From the NCBI GenBank assembly GCA_022800525.1, contig JAAWQM010000007.1:2917-66916 (forward strand): a stretch of DNA of 64,000 nt, in the 5' to 3' direction. The notes beneath the pieces are model-generated. The model saw only the letters and a program-made list of their open reading frames with translations, did not search any database and had not been told where the DNA came from. Positions 35,601 to 45,058 of this stretch are shown here, in pieces; position 1 is the stretch's first letter, and each line of letters begins with the position of its first letter. The translations under genes were made by a program, and so were the position numbers. This DNA comes from Oscillospiraceae bacterium. Its GTDB lineage: Bacteria > Bacillota > Clostridia > Oscillospirales > Oscillospiraceae.

Positions 35601-36651
35601 GGGTCACGACGATCCGTCCATGGTCCGGATGATGGAGGACCTGACCGGGGTCAACGCCCGGGAGATTCCGCTGGACGATCCGGACACCATGAGCCTGTTC
35701 ACCACCAGCAAGGCGCTGGGCTTTGAAAACGATCCGCTTCTGGGTCCCACCGGGGCGGTGGCCATCCCGGAGTTCAACACGAAATTCACCCGTCAGATGC
35801 TGATGGATACGCAGCCCAAGGATTTCAACACGCTGGTCCGTCTGTCCGGCTTCTCCCACGGGACCGACGTGTGGATCGGCAACGCGCGGGACCTGATTGT
35901 CAGCGGCACGGCCTCCGTTACGGAGACGGTGGGGTGCCGCGACGACATCATGCTGTACCTCATCTCCAAGGGGCTGGATCCCAAGATGAGCTTCAAGATC
36001 ATGGAATCCGTCCGCAAGGGCAAGGTAAAGAAGGGCGGCTTCGAGGAGGGCTGGGTGGAGGCCATGAAGGAGCACGACGTACCCCAGTGGTACATCGACT
36101 CCCTGGCGAAGATCGGCTATCTGTTCCCCAAGGCCCACGCGGTGGCTTACGTCATGATGGCCTTCCGTATCGCGTGGTTCAAGGTCCACAAGCCCCTGGC
36201 GTTCTATGCGACCTTTTTCTCCATCCGGGCCAAGGCCTTCGACGCGGAATACTGCTGCGCCGGATTTGACGCGGTGAAGCGGAAGCTCCAGGAGATATGG
36301 AACAACAAGGACGCCGCCGCCGTGGAGCAGGACCTTGCCGTCACGCTGGAGGTCTGCTATGAGTTTTACCTGCGGGGCTTCCGGTTTGAGACCATCAGCA
36401 TTTATGAATCCGACGCGATCCGGTTCGTCCTCAAGGGGGATGATGCCCTGATCCCGCCCTTTACGGCGGTGCGTGGACTGGGGGAGACGGCGGCGCTGGA
36501 CACGGTGGAGAAGCGGAAGGGGAAGGAGTTCATCTCTGTGGAGGAGTTTTCCACCTGCTGCAGCAAGCTGTCCAAGACCCACATTGACCAGCTCAAGGCC
36601 CTGGGCGCTTTCGCGGGCATGGCGGATACCAGTCAGATCACGCTGTTCTGA
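32680..36651 (+). CDS. polC: DNA polymerase III alpha subunit, PolC type
   Basis: 1323 aa from ATG 32680. PHP domain VELHCHTTFSNMD, inserted 3'-5' exonuclease YVAFDIETTGL, polymerase core. Confidence 0.95.
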   Translation: MIPFFELFPNLPLDWGLRSLLDGAGLSTVEVERETRVMRMAITVHAGLGEALENLSAVVAEAYDLAKVSIHQTVSAPASTAAGGGKSAGGDLIMGGPIKGAVQPMEGLNPKMGSVVVAGKVFFADLYETRRPGVFCLTFDITDYRTSVRVTKYMEKEEKARLKKDVKPGMWVKVQGYVKLNRDGSDILVDPKNISTYPHEMRQDKAEVKRVELHCHTTFSNMDALSSLSPKAGPDSNIVKRAEAWGHPAIAITDHGVVQGFPDAWHSARDIKILYGMEGYFINNMDDRIPVHGTQEAAFTDEYVAFDIETTGLKVSQEAITEIGAVVIRNGEIIDRFQTFVDPGRHLSNEIIALTGITDQMLRGAPKPAQALGDFLAFVNGRVLAAHNAEFDIGFIREGCRREGLAFDPTYVDTLILAQNLLPELGKYKLDIVAEHLKLPAFQHHRASDDAAACGLFLPHFFRKMEAELDVHSLQAINAAMPPLRKKGHASRKPKHIILIAKNKAGLKNLYRLVSKSNLQYLKRFPLVPKDELAAHREGLIVGSACEAGELFQAVADRRDWAELKRIADFYDFLEIQPVCNNAFMLRDGKAKDEEELRDFNRAIVRLGEELGKPVCATGDVHFLDPEDEIYRHILLDTKKFADCDSPLPIYFKTTDEMLEEFSYLGVEKAMEVVVTNTRAIAEQVETFDLLPKGKLFPPRLENSEEDLNRLVWDKVRELYGEDPPQLIVDRLNVELGGILGKYDVVYMSAQKLVQRSLENGYLVGSRGSVGSSLVAYMSGITEVNALPPHYRCPRCRRNEFILDGSYGCGADMPDKVCPACGTKYVKDGFDIPFETFLGYGGGKVPDIDLNFSGEYQAKAHRHAIEMFGETQVFRAGTIGTVAEKTAYGYVKKYLEARGLNPGHAEENRLALGCVGVKRTTGQHPGGLVVVPDDLDVEDFCPVQHPADAEDSEIITTHFEYHCMEDNLLKLDMLGHDDPSMVRMMEDLTGVNAREIPLDDPDTMSLFTTSKALGFENDPLLGPTGAVAIPEFNTKFTRQMLMDTQPKDFNTLVRLSGFSHGTDVWIGNARDLIVSGTASVTETVGCRDDIMLYLISKGLDPKMSFKIMESVRKGKVKKGGFEEGWVEAMKEHDVPQWYIDSLAKIGYLFPKAHAVAYVMMAFRIAWFKVHKPLAFYATFFSIRAKAFDAEYCCAGFDAVKRKLQEIWNNKDAAAVEQDLAVTLEVCYEFYLRGFRFETISIYESDAIRFVLKGDDALIPPFTAVRGLGETAALDTVEKRKGKEFISVEEFSTCCSKLSKTHIDQLKALGAFAGMADTSQITLF

Positions 36652-36970
36652 TCCCGGGGGACAGGATATGGAACAGAATTTCCGGCTGTTCCGGGAAATA
36701 TCCCTTGAGAAGTATGGAGGCCGGGAACGGTACGGCAGAGAAATGCCGCCTATCAGAGAGCTGCTGGCGGAAGACGTTCCCGGCGGCTGAAAAAACGATG
36801 TCCGCTCAGGATATCTTTGGAAAAACAGGCCCGGCGGCAAGGGCGGGGCGTGGAACAAGAGCCGCCTGTACAGCGGAAGCTCCGTATACAGGCGGCTTTC
36901 ATTTGGTTTTGCTGCGGCTTCAGAGATCGATATGGAACGCGGGAACGGGCAAGTACAGACGGGCCATGGA

Positions 36971-38023
36971 TCACATATCCGGGCAGGGGAAATCCGCCGC
37001 GTTGCCGGGCAGCTCCTTCACAGATGCCAGCAGCGCATCGACTTCTTCCTGCGTGGTGTGCCAGGCCGTAACAAAGCGGATGCAGGTATGGGACTCGTCC
37101 ATTCTCCGTTCCACCTCAAATTCAGCGATCCGCCGCAGGCGCTCCACAGCCGTATCGGGCAGAACCGGGAAAACCTGGTTGCTCTCCGCCGGAGCCAGCA
37201 GCGGGACGCCCAGCGCTTCCAGCCCGGACGCAAGCCGCTTTGCCAGTTGGTTTGCGTGGGCGGCCAGCTTCCGATAGAGCCCGTCCTGCATGACCGCCTC
37301 ATACTGGATGCCCAGCAGCCGCCCTTTCGCCAGCATCGCGCCCTGCTGCTTCATGCAGTTGCGGAACCCCGGCTGGAGGGCGGGGTTGACAATCACCAGC
37401 GCCTCGCCGAACAGCAGGCCGTTTTTCGTCCCGCCGATGGTGAAGGCGTCGCAGGCCGCGGCATAGTCCGGAAAATCCGTGCCGCCCGCGTCCATGGCGC
37501 TGCCCAGCCTCGCGCCGTCGCAGTACAGCAGCAGGCCCAGGGCATTGCAGGCCTCCCGCAGGCCGCGAAGCTCCGCTCCATGATAAACCGTACCCAGCTC
37601 TGTGGTGTTGGAGATATACGCCAGCCGCGGGATGGTGGTATGCTCGTTAACCGGGGCGCTCAAAGCGGAACGCAGCAGCTCCGGCGTCAGCTTGCCGTCG
37701 GGGGCGGAAAGGCGGAGGACCTGGTGGCCGTCCTGCTCGATGGCCCCCGACTCATGGACGCAGATGTGGCCGGTACCGGCGGCAACCGCCGCCTCATAGG
37801 GCCGGAGGAACGCGCCGATGGCGGTTTTGTTCACCTGCGTACCACCGGTCAGGAAATGGACGGCGGCCTCCGGACAGCGGCACAGGGTGCGGATGGTATC
37901 CGCCGCCTTTTGGCAATAGAGGTCTGCGCCATAGCCTGGGGTCAGCTCCAGATTGGTCCGGCACAGCGCGTCCAGCACCGCCGGATGAGCGCCGGCGCCA
38001 TAATCGTTGCGGAAGTACAGCAT
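36971..38023 (-). CDS. ltaE: low-specificity L-threonine aldolase / beta-eliminating lyase family PLP enzyme
   Basis: 350 aa from ATG (CAT 38021-38023). MLYFRNDYGAGAHPAVLDAL and TGGTQVN are typical. Confidence 0.8.
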   Translation of the reverse strand: MLYFRNDYGAGAHPAVLDALCRTNLELTPGYGADLYCQKAADTIRTLCRCPEAAVHFLTGGTQVNKTAIGAFLRPYEAAVAAGTGHICVHESGAIEQDGHQVLRLSAPDGKLTPELLRSALSAPVNEHTTIPRLAYISNTTELGTVYHGAELRGLREACNALGLLLYCDGARLGSAMDAGGTDFPDYAAACDAFTIGGTKNGLLFGEALVIVNPALQPGFRNCMKQQGAMLAKGRLLGIQYEAVMQDGLYRKLAAHANQLAKRLASGLEALGVPLLAPAESNQVFPVLPDTAVERLRRIAEFEVERRMDESHTCIRFVTAWHTTQEEVDALLASVKELPGNAADFPCPDM

Positions 38024-38175
38024 AAAATGGATTCTCCTTCTGTTTTTAAGGAAAGTATACCAAAACAATGCCTGAAATGCAAGCATACGCGGGCATTTTG
38101 AGAGGGAAAAGGCGTTGTATAATCCGCTGGTTTTCCGACAAAATAAAAATATGGCTAGAATTATTTACAAAATAC

Positions 38176-38204
38176 TTGCAATTATGGCCGGAATACGGTA
38201 AAAT
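38176..38204 (+). promoter_or_regulatory. sigma-70-type promoter of efp
   Basis: TTGCAA 38176-38181, 17-nt spacer, TAAAAT 38199-38204, in an AT-rich divergent region. Confidence 0.55.
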
Positions 38205-38257
38205 GGCCGGTAGGTAATAAATCCCGAGAAAAACATTCCAACAGGAGGATATGAAAT

Positions 38258-38827
38258 ATGGCAACCATTACGGCCGGCGATTTCCGCAACGGCAAAACTT
38301 TCGAGATGGACGGAAAGGTGATGCAGGTCATCGAATTCCAGCACGTCAAGCCCGGCAAGGGCGCGGCCTTCGTCCGAACCAAGATGAAGAACGTGGTCAC
38401 CGGCGCTGTCACCGAGACCAGCTTCAACCCCACCGCAAAGTTTGAGGAGGCGTTTGTGGAGCGCAAGGATATGGAGTACAGCTACAACGACGGCGATCTG
38501 TATTACTTCATGGACCAGGAGACCTATGACATGGTGCCTCTGGCGCGGGACCTGCTGGGCGACGCCTTCCGCTTCGTAAAGGAAAACACCATGTGCAAGG
38601 TGCTCAGCTACAAGGGCAACGTGTTCGGCCTTGAGTGCCCCAACTTTATGGACCTGGTGGTCACCGACACCGAGCCCGGCTTCGCCGGCAACACCGCCAC
38701 CAACGTCACCAAGCCCGCCACGCTGGAGACCGGCGCGGAGATCAAGGTGCCTCTGTTCATCGACGTGGGCGACAAGATCACCATTGACACCCGCACCGGC
38801 GAGTATCTGTCCCGCTGCAAGGAGTAA
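38258..38827 (+). CDS. efp: translation elongation factor P
   Basis: 189 aa. [40 protein letters not shown] is canonical EF-P. Confidence 0.95.
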   Translation: MATITAGDFRNGKTFEMDGKVMQVIEFQHVKPGKGAAFVRTKMKNVVTGAVTETSFNPTAKFEEAFVERKDMEYSYNDGDLYYFMDQETYDMVPLARDLLGDAFRFVKENTMCKVLSYKGNVFGLECPNFMDLVVTDTEPGFAGNTATNVTKPATLETGAEIKVPLFIDVGDKITIDTRTGEYLSRCKE

Positions 38828-38906
38828 GGTTGTGTTCCATCGGCCGGGGGCCGTGTGTTATGAGAGGAGACACCTGACAACATGACTTTTTGAAAGGAGA
38901 ACAGTT

Positions 38907-39362
38907 ATGGAAATTCTGGAAAAGGTCGCGTATATGAAAGGCTTGGCCGAGGGCCTGGGGCTGGATACCAAGTCCAAAGAGGGGAAGCTCCTCAAGGTGA
39001 TGATGGACATTCTGGACGACGTCGCCCTGGAGCTTCAGGACATCCGCGACGAGCAGAGCGATCTGGAGGAGGGCCTTGACGCCATCAGCGACGATCTGGC
39101 GGATGTGGAGGCCTGCCTGTACGAGGAGGATGACGGGGAAGAGGATGCTGAGGACGACGAGGTCTATCAGACCACCTGTCCCAACTGCGAGGAGGACATC
39201 TTCTTTGACGAGACCATTCTGGCCGACGGCAGCGTGGAGTGTCCGAACTGCGGCGAGAAGCTGGAGTTCGATCTGGAGGAACCCGGCTGTGAGGGCTGCT
39301 GCTGCGGCGCCTGCGAAGATGCGGACGACGACGGCGAAGAGGATGAAGACGACGAGGAGTAA
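38907..39362 (+). CDS. acidic zinc-ribbon protein (conserved clostridial efp neighbour)
   Basis: 151 aa. CPNCEEDIFF...CPNCGEKLEF zinc ribbon, very acidic tail. Confidence 0.65.
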   Translation: MEILEKVAYMKGLAEGLGLDTKSKEGKLLKVMMDILDDVALELQDIRDEQSDLEEGLDAISDDLADVEACLYEEDDGEEDAEDDEVYQTTCPNCEEDIFFDETILADGSVECPNCGEKLEFDLEEPGCEGCCCGACEDADDDGEEDEDDEE

Positions 39363-39647
39363 GTCCCGCCGTCCACAGGAAAGCGAATGGAGGGCGTCCC
39401 TGCGTATTGCGGGGGCGCTCTCTTAAAAGAGCGGTCCCCCGTATAAATTTTTTGTAAATATCTCTGGGAAATGTTGAATGAGTACCGGCTTGTTGGCCGG
39501 CTTTCTGTTTATTTGCGGGATAAAAGTGCTTTTTTTATATCAGGCTCTGTTTTCCAGAAAAAATCTGGCGCGGAATTGTTGATTTTTTCCCAGATTAAGA
39601 GTAAAATGTAAACTACTTGTGGGATTCTTTTTCAATGGAGGGACGCT

Positions 39648-40550
39648 ATGGATGTCATGGAAGTGTTGATGAATCTGGGCATCAGGTTCAGCAGCCTCGC
39701 TTTCTCGCTGCGGCCATGGGACGTGCTGGATATCCTGATTATCGCGTATCTGGTGTACCGTCTGCTGCTGTTGGTGCGCAGGACCAACTCCTCCCGGCTT
39801 ATCAAGGGAGTCGGGGTGCTTGTGGTCGCCCTGTGGCTTTCCTCCGGGCGTCTGCTGGCGTTGAATTTTCTGCTGAACCGTGTGGTGGACCTGGGCATTC
39901 TCGCCCTGCTGATCCTCTTCCAGCCGGAAATCCGGCGGGGGCTGGAGCAGGTGGGCAGCAGCAAGCTCCCCATCCTTCAGTGGTTCTCCAAGCCCCAGGT
40001 GGACAGGCAGACCCTTGAGGAGGCGATCTCTGAGACGGTCAGCGCCTGCGGCGACATGAGCAAGTCCCGCACCGGCGCGCTGATTGTCTTCGAGCGGCAC
40101 AACCAGCTGGACGAGCAGCTTCGCAGCGGCACCAAGCTGGATGCGGAGGTGTCCTCGGAGCTGCTGAAGAACATATTTTTTGTGAAAGCGCCCATGCATG
40201 ACGGCGCGGCCCTGATCCGGGACGGACGGGTGCTGGGCGCGGGCTGTATGCTCCCTCTGAGCCGCAACGTGAACCTGAGCCGGGACCTGGGAATGCGCCA
40301 CCGGGCGGGCATCGGTATGAGCGAGCACTCCGACGCCGTGGTGGTTCTGGTCAGCGAGGAGACCGGCTCCATCTCTGTGGCGGTGGGCGGGATGCTCAAG
40401 CGCCATCTGATGACGGAGACCCTGGAGCAGCTTTTGCGCAATGAGCTGCTGCCCCAGCAGGAGGAGGACGACGAGAGCGGCAAGAAGCGCAAGGGCCTGA
40501 AGGGCCTGCTGTCCAAGGAAAAGAAGGATGGTGAAAGCACGGATGAATGA
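39648..40550 (+). CDS. cdaA: diadenylate cyclase CdaA
   Basis: 300 aa: 3 N-terminal TM segments plus DAC domain. GALIVFE, APMHDGAALI, GMRHRAGIGMSE, SEETGSISVA. Confidence 0.92.
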   Translation: MDVMEVLMNLGIRFSSLAFSLRPWDVLDILIIAYLVYRLLLLVRRTNSSRLIKGVGVLVVALWLSSGRLLALNFLLNRVVDLGILALLILFQPEIRRGLEQVGSSKLPILQWFSKPQVDRQTLEEAISETVSACGDMSKSRTGALIVFERHNQLDEQLRSGTKLDAEVSSELLKNIFFVKAPMHDGAALIRDGRVLGAGCMLPLSRNVNLSRDLGMRHRAGIGMSEHSDAVVVLVSEETGSISVAVGGMLKRHLMTETLEQLLRNELLPQQEEDDESGKKRKGLKGLLSKEKKDGESTDE

Positions 40551-41784
40551 GAAGTTTCATAAAGTTCTTTACATCATTTTAAGCCTGCTGGTGGCCGTTG
40601 TTTTTTGGCTCTACGTGGATGAACAGCAGGGCAACAAGACCACTCAGCTTTTCACGGATATTCCCATAGAGTTTATCGGCGAGGAGGACACGCTGCCCAA
40701 CCGGGGGCTGATGCTCTCCGGAGGGCAGGACGCCACGCTGGACGTGACCATCAGCGGCCCGCGCTCCGTGATTTCCGGACTGCGCCGGGGCGACGTGCGG
40801 GCGCAGGTCAATCTGAGCAATATCAACGCCGTCGGCAGCTATCCCCAGGAATATAATCTGGTTTACCCGGACAATGTGAACCGCAGCGATATCACGCTTG
40901 AGTCGGCGTCCCGGACCTATATCACCGTCCAGGTGTCCACGCTGTACTCCAGGGCGATCCCTGTCTCCGTCAATGTGGCGGCTGCCCCCGCAGATGAGAA
41001 TTATATGTATATGGGCGGGGAGAGCCTGACCTATGAGCCGTCGGTTATCACGCTCAGCGGTCTGGTAGAGGACGTGGACAAGGTGGAGAGCTGCCGTGTG
41101 ACGGTGGATTTGACGGATGCTACGAGTACCGTCAGCCAGGAATTTGCCTATGAGCTGCTGGATGCCGATGGGAATGTGGTGGACAGCGACAAGCTCCGTG
41201 TGTCTGACCGGCGGATCATGGTGACGGTTCCCGTCTTTATGACGAAGGAAATCCCGCTGACAGTCCAGTTCAAGGAGTCCGCTGGCTCCCGGCTGAAAAA
41301 TGTCACATGGAACTTGGAGCATGAGTCCATCACGGTGGCTGGCGATCCCATCAGCCTGGAATCCATCAATGAGATTCCGCTGGGTGAGGTGGATTTGAGC
41401 AGCTATATCGCTGATACGGAGCTCGACCTGCAGATCAAGCTCCCTGCGGGCTGCATCAACCTGACCGGCGATATCGACCATACCACCCTGCATCTCTCCT
41501 ACCACGGCCTGACCACAAGGAGCTTCGCGGTTACCAATATATCCGCCACCGGCCGGAGCCAGGGGCAGAACTTTGATAAGATCACGGCCACTGTCAATGT
41601 ACAGCTGCGTGGTCCGGCGGAGGATTTGTCGCAGGTGACGGCGGATGACATCCGGATTGTTGTGGACGTCAGTGAAATTACAGCCAATGGCACTTACTAC
41701 GAGCCGGGCAAGGTTCTGGTAGATGGCTATAGCGAGGTGGGCGCAGTGGGCGGATGCACCGTCGCTTTCAAGATCACTTCATGA
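40528..41784 (+). CDS. cdaR: CdaR (YbbR-domain) regulator of CdaA
   Basis: 418 aa: N-terminal TM and repeated YbbR-like beta-rich modules. Overlaps the cdaA 3' end. Confidence 0.8.
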   Translation: MVKARMNEKFHKVLYIILSLLVAVVFWLYVDEQQGNKTTQLFTDIPIEFIGEEDTLPNRGLMLSGGQDATLDVTISGPRSVISGLRRGDVRAQVNLSNINAVGSYPQEYNLVYPDNVNRSDITLESASRTYITVQVSTLYSRAIPVSVNVAAAPADENYMYMGGESLTYEPSVITLSGLVEDVDKVESCRVTVDLTDATSTVSQEFAYELLDADGNVVDSDKLRVSDRRIMVTVPVFMTKEIPLTVQFKESAGSRLKNVTWNLEHESITVAGDPISLESINEIPLGEVDLSSYIADTELDLQIKLPAGCINLTGDIDHTTLHLSYHGLTTRSFAVTNISATGRSQGQNFDKITATVNVQLRGPAEDLSQVTADDIRIVVDVSEITANGTYYEPGKVLVDGYSEVGAVGGCTVAFKITS

Positions 41785-41794
41785 GGAGGCCGCG

Positions 41795-42202
41795 ATGACA
41801 CAGATCGCTACTGTTACCGCTCTGCCCGCCGCGTCCGGCGGACAGGTGGAGGTTACCGTCGCCCGGCAGAGCGCGTGCAGCCACAACTGTGAGAGCTGCG
41901 GCGGCTGCGGCGGGCGGACAATGGAGCTGGTTGTCCATGCGGTCAGCGATATCCCGCTGGCTCTGGGCGACCGGGTGGAAATCTACAGCGGAAACAAGGT
42001 GCTGGGCGCTGCGGCGCTGGTGTATCTGGGACCGGTGGTCCTGTTCCTGCTGGGGTATCTGCTGACGCCTTCCCTGGCAGAGGGGACGCGGTATCTCTGC
42101 GCCGGGCTCGGATTCCTGCTGGGGCTGGCCGGAGCGGTGGGCTGCGACCGCTGGACAAGGCAGCGGAGCGGCGTCGCCTATCGCGTGACCAGAAAGCTGT
42201 AG
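41795..42202 (+). CDS. RseC/MucC-family (SoxR-reducing system) membrane protein
   Basis: 135 aa from ATG 41795 after GAGGAGG. N-terminal Cys cluster CSHNCESCGGCGG plus 2 TM segments. Confidence 0.7.
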   Translation: MTQIATVTALPAASGGQVEVTVARQSACSHNCESCGGCGGRTMELVVHAVSDIPLALGDRVEIYSGNKVLGAAALVYLGPVVLFLLGYLLTPSLAEGTRYLCAGLGFLLGLAGAVGCDRWTRQRSGVAYRVTRKL

Positions 42203-42210
42203 GGCTGCGG

Positions 42211-43110
42211 GTGTTCGGTTATGTGCGGCCATCGCTGGCCCGTTTAACGGAAGCGGACAAGACGCGCTTCGGCGCGGCCTACTGCGGACTGTGCCGGGTC
42301 CTGGGAGAACGGTATGGACAGGCGGCCCGGTTTATTCTCAATTATGATTTTACGTTTTTGGCGATGCTGCTGTGGCCCGGTCAGGCGGAGGACGAGGTCC
42401 TGCGCCGGGGGTGCATCGCCCACCCGCTGAGGAAGCGGGCCTGTTATCCGGACAACGCGGCCCTGGAGCTGGCGGCGGACGAGAGCGTGATTCTGGCGTG
42501 GTGGCAGATGCGGGACGCCCTTTCAGACCCGGGAAGGGGGAAGGGGAAGTACCGCGCCGCTTCCCTGGCGCTGGGGAGCGCGTACCGCCGGGCTCAGGAG
42601 CGGCGTCCGGATTTTGACCGGACGACCCGGGAAAAGCTGGCGGAGCTGCGGGAGCTGGAGGAGGCGGGGTGTCCCTCGCTGGACCGTCCCGCGGATGTGT
42701 TCGCAAGGCTTCTGGCCGCCGCGCCGGCGGAGGTGGAGGACCCGGTAAAGCGGCGGGTGCTGGAACAGCTTCTGTATCACCTGGGCCGGTGGGTCTATCT
42801 GGTGGACGCCGCCGATGATCTGGCGAAGGATGCCGCAAGCGGCAGCTATAACCCCATCCGCTGCCGTTTTGGCCTGCCGGACGGGACGATGACGGAGGAG
42901 GCGAGAGAGGCGCTGATCGTCTCCCTGGACCACTCCATCCGCCTGATGGCGGCGGCCTATGAACTCTGGGACTTCGGACCCTGGAGCTCCATCATTCAAG
43001 CGACTGTTTATGAGGGGCTTTTCTGTGTGGGGAAAGCCGTGCTGGAGGGAACATTCCAAGTCAGTGATATGCGCTTTCGTATTGCTGGCAGAAACAAGGA
43101 GCAGCTATGA
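42211..43110 (+). CDS. DUF5685 family protein
   Basis: GTG start. [36 protein letters not shown] is the DUF5685 N-terminus as I recall it. Confidence 0.65.
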   Translation: MFGYVRPSLARLTEADKTRFGAAYCGLCRVLGERYGQAARFILNYDFTFLAMLLWPGQAEDEVLRRGCIAHPLRKRACYPDNAALELAADESVILAWWQMRDALSDPGRGKGKYRAASLALGSAYRRAQERRPDFDRTTREKLAELRELEEAGCPSLDRPADVFARLLAAAPAEVEDPVKRRVLEQLLYHLGRWVYLVDAADDLAKDAASGSYNPIRCRFGLPDGTMTEEAREALIVSLDHSIRLMAAAYELWDFGPWSSIIQATVYEGLFCVGKAVLEGTFQVSDMRFRIAGRNKEQL

Positions 43111-43751
43111 CCGACCCCTATGAAGTCTTGAACGTCCCCAATACCGCCACCGATGACGAGATCAAAAAGGCGTATCGGGAGCTGGCCCGGAAGTACCACC
43201 CGGACAACTACCATGATAACCCGCTGGCGGACCTGGCGCAGGAGAAAATGAAAGAGATCAACGCCGCGTATGACGCCATCCAGCGGGAGCGGAACGGGCG
43301 GGGCCACGCCGCCGGTCCTGCCGCCGGAGGCTATCAGTATCAGAATCAGGCCTATGGCGGCTATCAGCAGCGGCAGGCGGGCAGCGCCGCCTTTTATCAA
43401 GTGCGCATGGCGATCAACCGCAATGACCTGGGCATGGCGGAGCAGCTGCTGGGCCGGATTGACGACCACAATGGCGAGTGGAACTACCTGATGGGAACCA
43501 TCTGCTACCGCCGGGGCTGGGTGGATGAGGCGCGGCGGTACTACCAGACCGCCTGCCAGATGGACCCCGGTAATCAGGAGTACCGGCAGACCCTTCATTT
43601 CGTGGAGAACAACCAGGAGGGGTATCGTCCGGAGGGGTACGATGTGTTCTCCACAGGCTGCGGCGGCGGGAACATCTGCGGGCAGCTGGCGTGTCTGTAT
43701 CTCTTCTGCATGGGCGGAAGCACCTGCGGGATGCGGTTCTTCTGCTGCTGA
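43107..43751 (+). CDS. J-domain protein with TPR-like middle and Cys-rich hydrophobic tail
   Basis: DPYEVLNV...[15 protein letters not shown]-domain. C-terminal [35 protein letters not shown] overlap with the DUF5685 gene. Confidence 0.8.
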   Translation: MTDPYEVLNVPNTATDDEIKKAYRELARKYHPDNYHDNPLADLAQEKMKEINAAYDAIQRERNGRGHAAGPAAGGYQYQNQAYGGYQQRQAGSAAFYQVRMAINRNDLGMAEQLLGRIDDHNGEWNYLMGTICYRRGWVDEARRYYQTACQMDPGNQEYRQTLHFVENNQEGYRPEGYDVFSTGCGGGNICGQLACLYLFCMGGSTCGMRFFCC

Positions 43752-43789
43752 CATCAGACGAATAAAATGGATAGAGAGGGGACTTGACT

Positions 43790-44680
43790 TTGATAAAAAG
43801 TATGACCGGCTATGGGCGCTCACGGCGGACGCTCAACGGGCGGGATATCACGGTGGAGGCGCGCAGCGTCAACAACCGTTACCTGGACTGCTCGGTGAAG
43901 ATGCCCCGGTCCTACATCTTTGCTGAGGATGCGCTCAAGGCGTTGGTGCAGAAGCGTGTCAGCCGGGGCAAGGTGGATATGTTCATCACGGTGGAGACCA
44001 AGGGAGCGGAGGAAACGGTGGTGACCGTCAATGAGCCTCTGGCAAGGGGCTACATGGCGGCGCTGAATCAGCTGATGGAGATGCCGGAGGGCGGCGGACG
44101 GGTGAAGGACAGCTATTATGCCACTGACCTGGCCCGGATGCCCGACGTGCTGACCGTGAGCAAGGCTGAAGAGGACATGGAGAGTCTGTCCGCAGACCTG
44201 TGCGCAGTGGCGGAGGAGGCGCTGGCCGCTCATGCCGCTATGCGGGAGATTGAGGGGCGGAAGCTGGCGGAGGATATTCTGGGCCGCCTGGATACGATTG
44301 AGGCGATCACAGCCCGGGTGGAGGAGCGCTCCCCGCAGACGGTTGCGGAATACCGGGAGAAGCTGCTGGTCCGGATGAAGGAGGTTCTGCAAAGCGCGGC
44401 CATTGATGAGAGCCGTATCCTCACGGAGGCGGCCATCTTTGCCGACAAGGTGGCAGTGGACGAGGAGACTGTGCGGCTGCGCAGTCATCTGAGCCAGCTG
44501 CGGGAGATGCTGCAGGGCGGCGAGCCTGTCGGACGGAAGCTGGACTTTTTGATCCAGGAGGTCAACCGGGAGTCCAACACCATCGGCTCCAAGTGCAGCG
44601 ATATTCAGATTGCCAGAGACGTGGTGGAGCTGAAGGCGGAGATTGAGAAAATCCGTGAGCAGGTGCAGAACATTGAGTAG
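43790..44680 (+). CDS. yicC: YicC-family stress-induced protein
   Basis: Probable TTG start giving MIKSMTGYGRS (canonical YicC N-terminus). C-terminal EVNRESNTIGSK motif. Confidence 0.88.
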   Translation: MIKSMTGYGRSRRTLNGRDITVEARSVNNRYLDCSVKMPRSYIFAEDALKALVQKRVSRGKVDMFITVETKGAEETVVTVNEPLARGYMAALNQLMEMPEGGGRVKDSYYATDLARMPDVLTVSKAEEDMESLSADLCAVAEEALAAHAAMREIEGRKLAEDILGRLDTIEAITARVEERSPQTVAEYREKLLVRMKEVLQSAAIDESRILTEAAIFADKVAVDEETVRLRSHLSQLREMLQGGEPVGRKLDFLIQEVNRESNTIGSKCSDIQIARDVVELKAEIEKIREQVQNIE

Positions 44681-44690
44681 TGAGAAGGCT

Positions 44691-44951
44691 GTGGAGCTGG
44701 TGAGCATTGGCTACGGCGGGTTTATTTCCGCCGGAAGGCTGATTGCCGTGGTGGGGCCGGATTCCGCTCCGGTAAAGCGGCTGATCAGCGAGGCCAGGGA
44801 GCGGAGTATGCTGATTGACGCGACCTTTGGCAGGAAGACGGCGGCGGTGCTCATTATGGACAGCGACCATGTTGTGCTGTCCGGGCTGCCGCTGGAGAAG
44901 CTGGCTCCCAGATTTGGGATCGATCCGACTGTGCTGGAGGAAGAGACGTAA
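44691..44951 (+). CDS. remA: RemA/DUF370 family regulator
   Basis: SIGYGGFISAGRLIAVVGPDSAPVKRLISEARERSMLIDATFGRKTAAV closely follows the RemA consensus. Start codon is uncertain (GTG 44691 or 44699). Confidence 0.85.
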   Translation: MELVSIGYGGFISAGRLIAVVGPDSAPVKRLISEARERSMLIDATFGRKTAAVLIMDSDHVVLSGLPLEKLAPRFGIDPTVLEEET

Positions 44952-44952
44952 T

Positions 44953-45031
44953 AAAAGTTTCGTCCACCTTTTCAAAGGTGGCGGAGTCCAGAGGCGGAGC
45001 CTCTGGTGGGTTTGGGCAAAGCCCAACACTC
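44953..45031 (-). repeat. modular multi-hairpin intergenic repeat, copy C (canonical 79-nt form, inverted orientation)
   Basis: Reverse complement reads GAGTGTTGGGCTTTGCCCAAACCCACCAGAGGCTCCGCCTCTGGACTCCGCCACCTTTGAAAAGGTGGACGAAACTTTT. Confidence 0.85.
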
Positions 45032-45058
45032 TTTCGTAATAAAAAGGGGGGGATTTCT

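Noticed and set aside
36668-36790. 40-aa ORF (MEQNFRLFREISLEKYGGRERYGREMPPIRELLAEDVPGG) just downstream of polC.
   Set aside because: There is no convincing RBS and no recognisable motif. It lies between the polC stop and its terminator hairpin (~36860-36900). Evidence is insufficient to call it.
44562-45029. ORFs encoding the shared peptide LGFAQTHQRL(R/C)LWTPP (also 63000-63353).
   Set aside because: The shared peptide is just the translation of the intergenic hairpin repeat (copies C and D). It is not a conserved protein.
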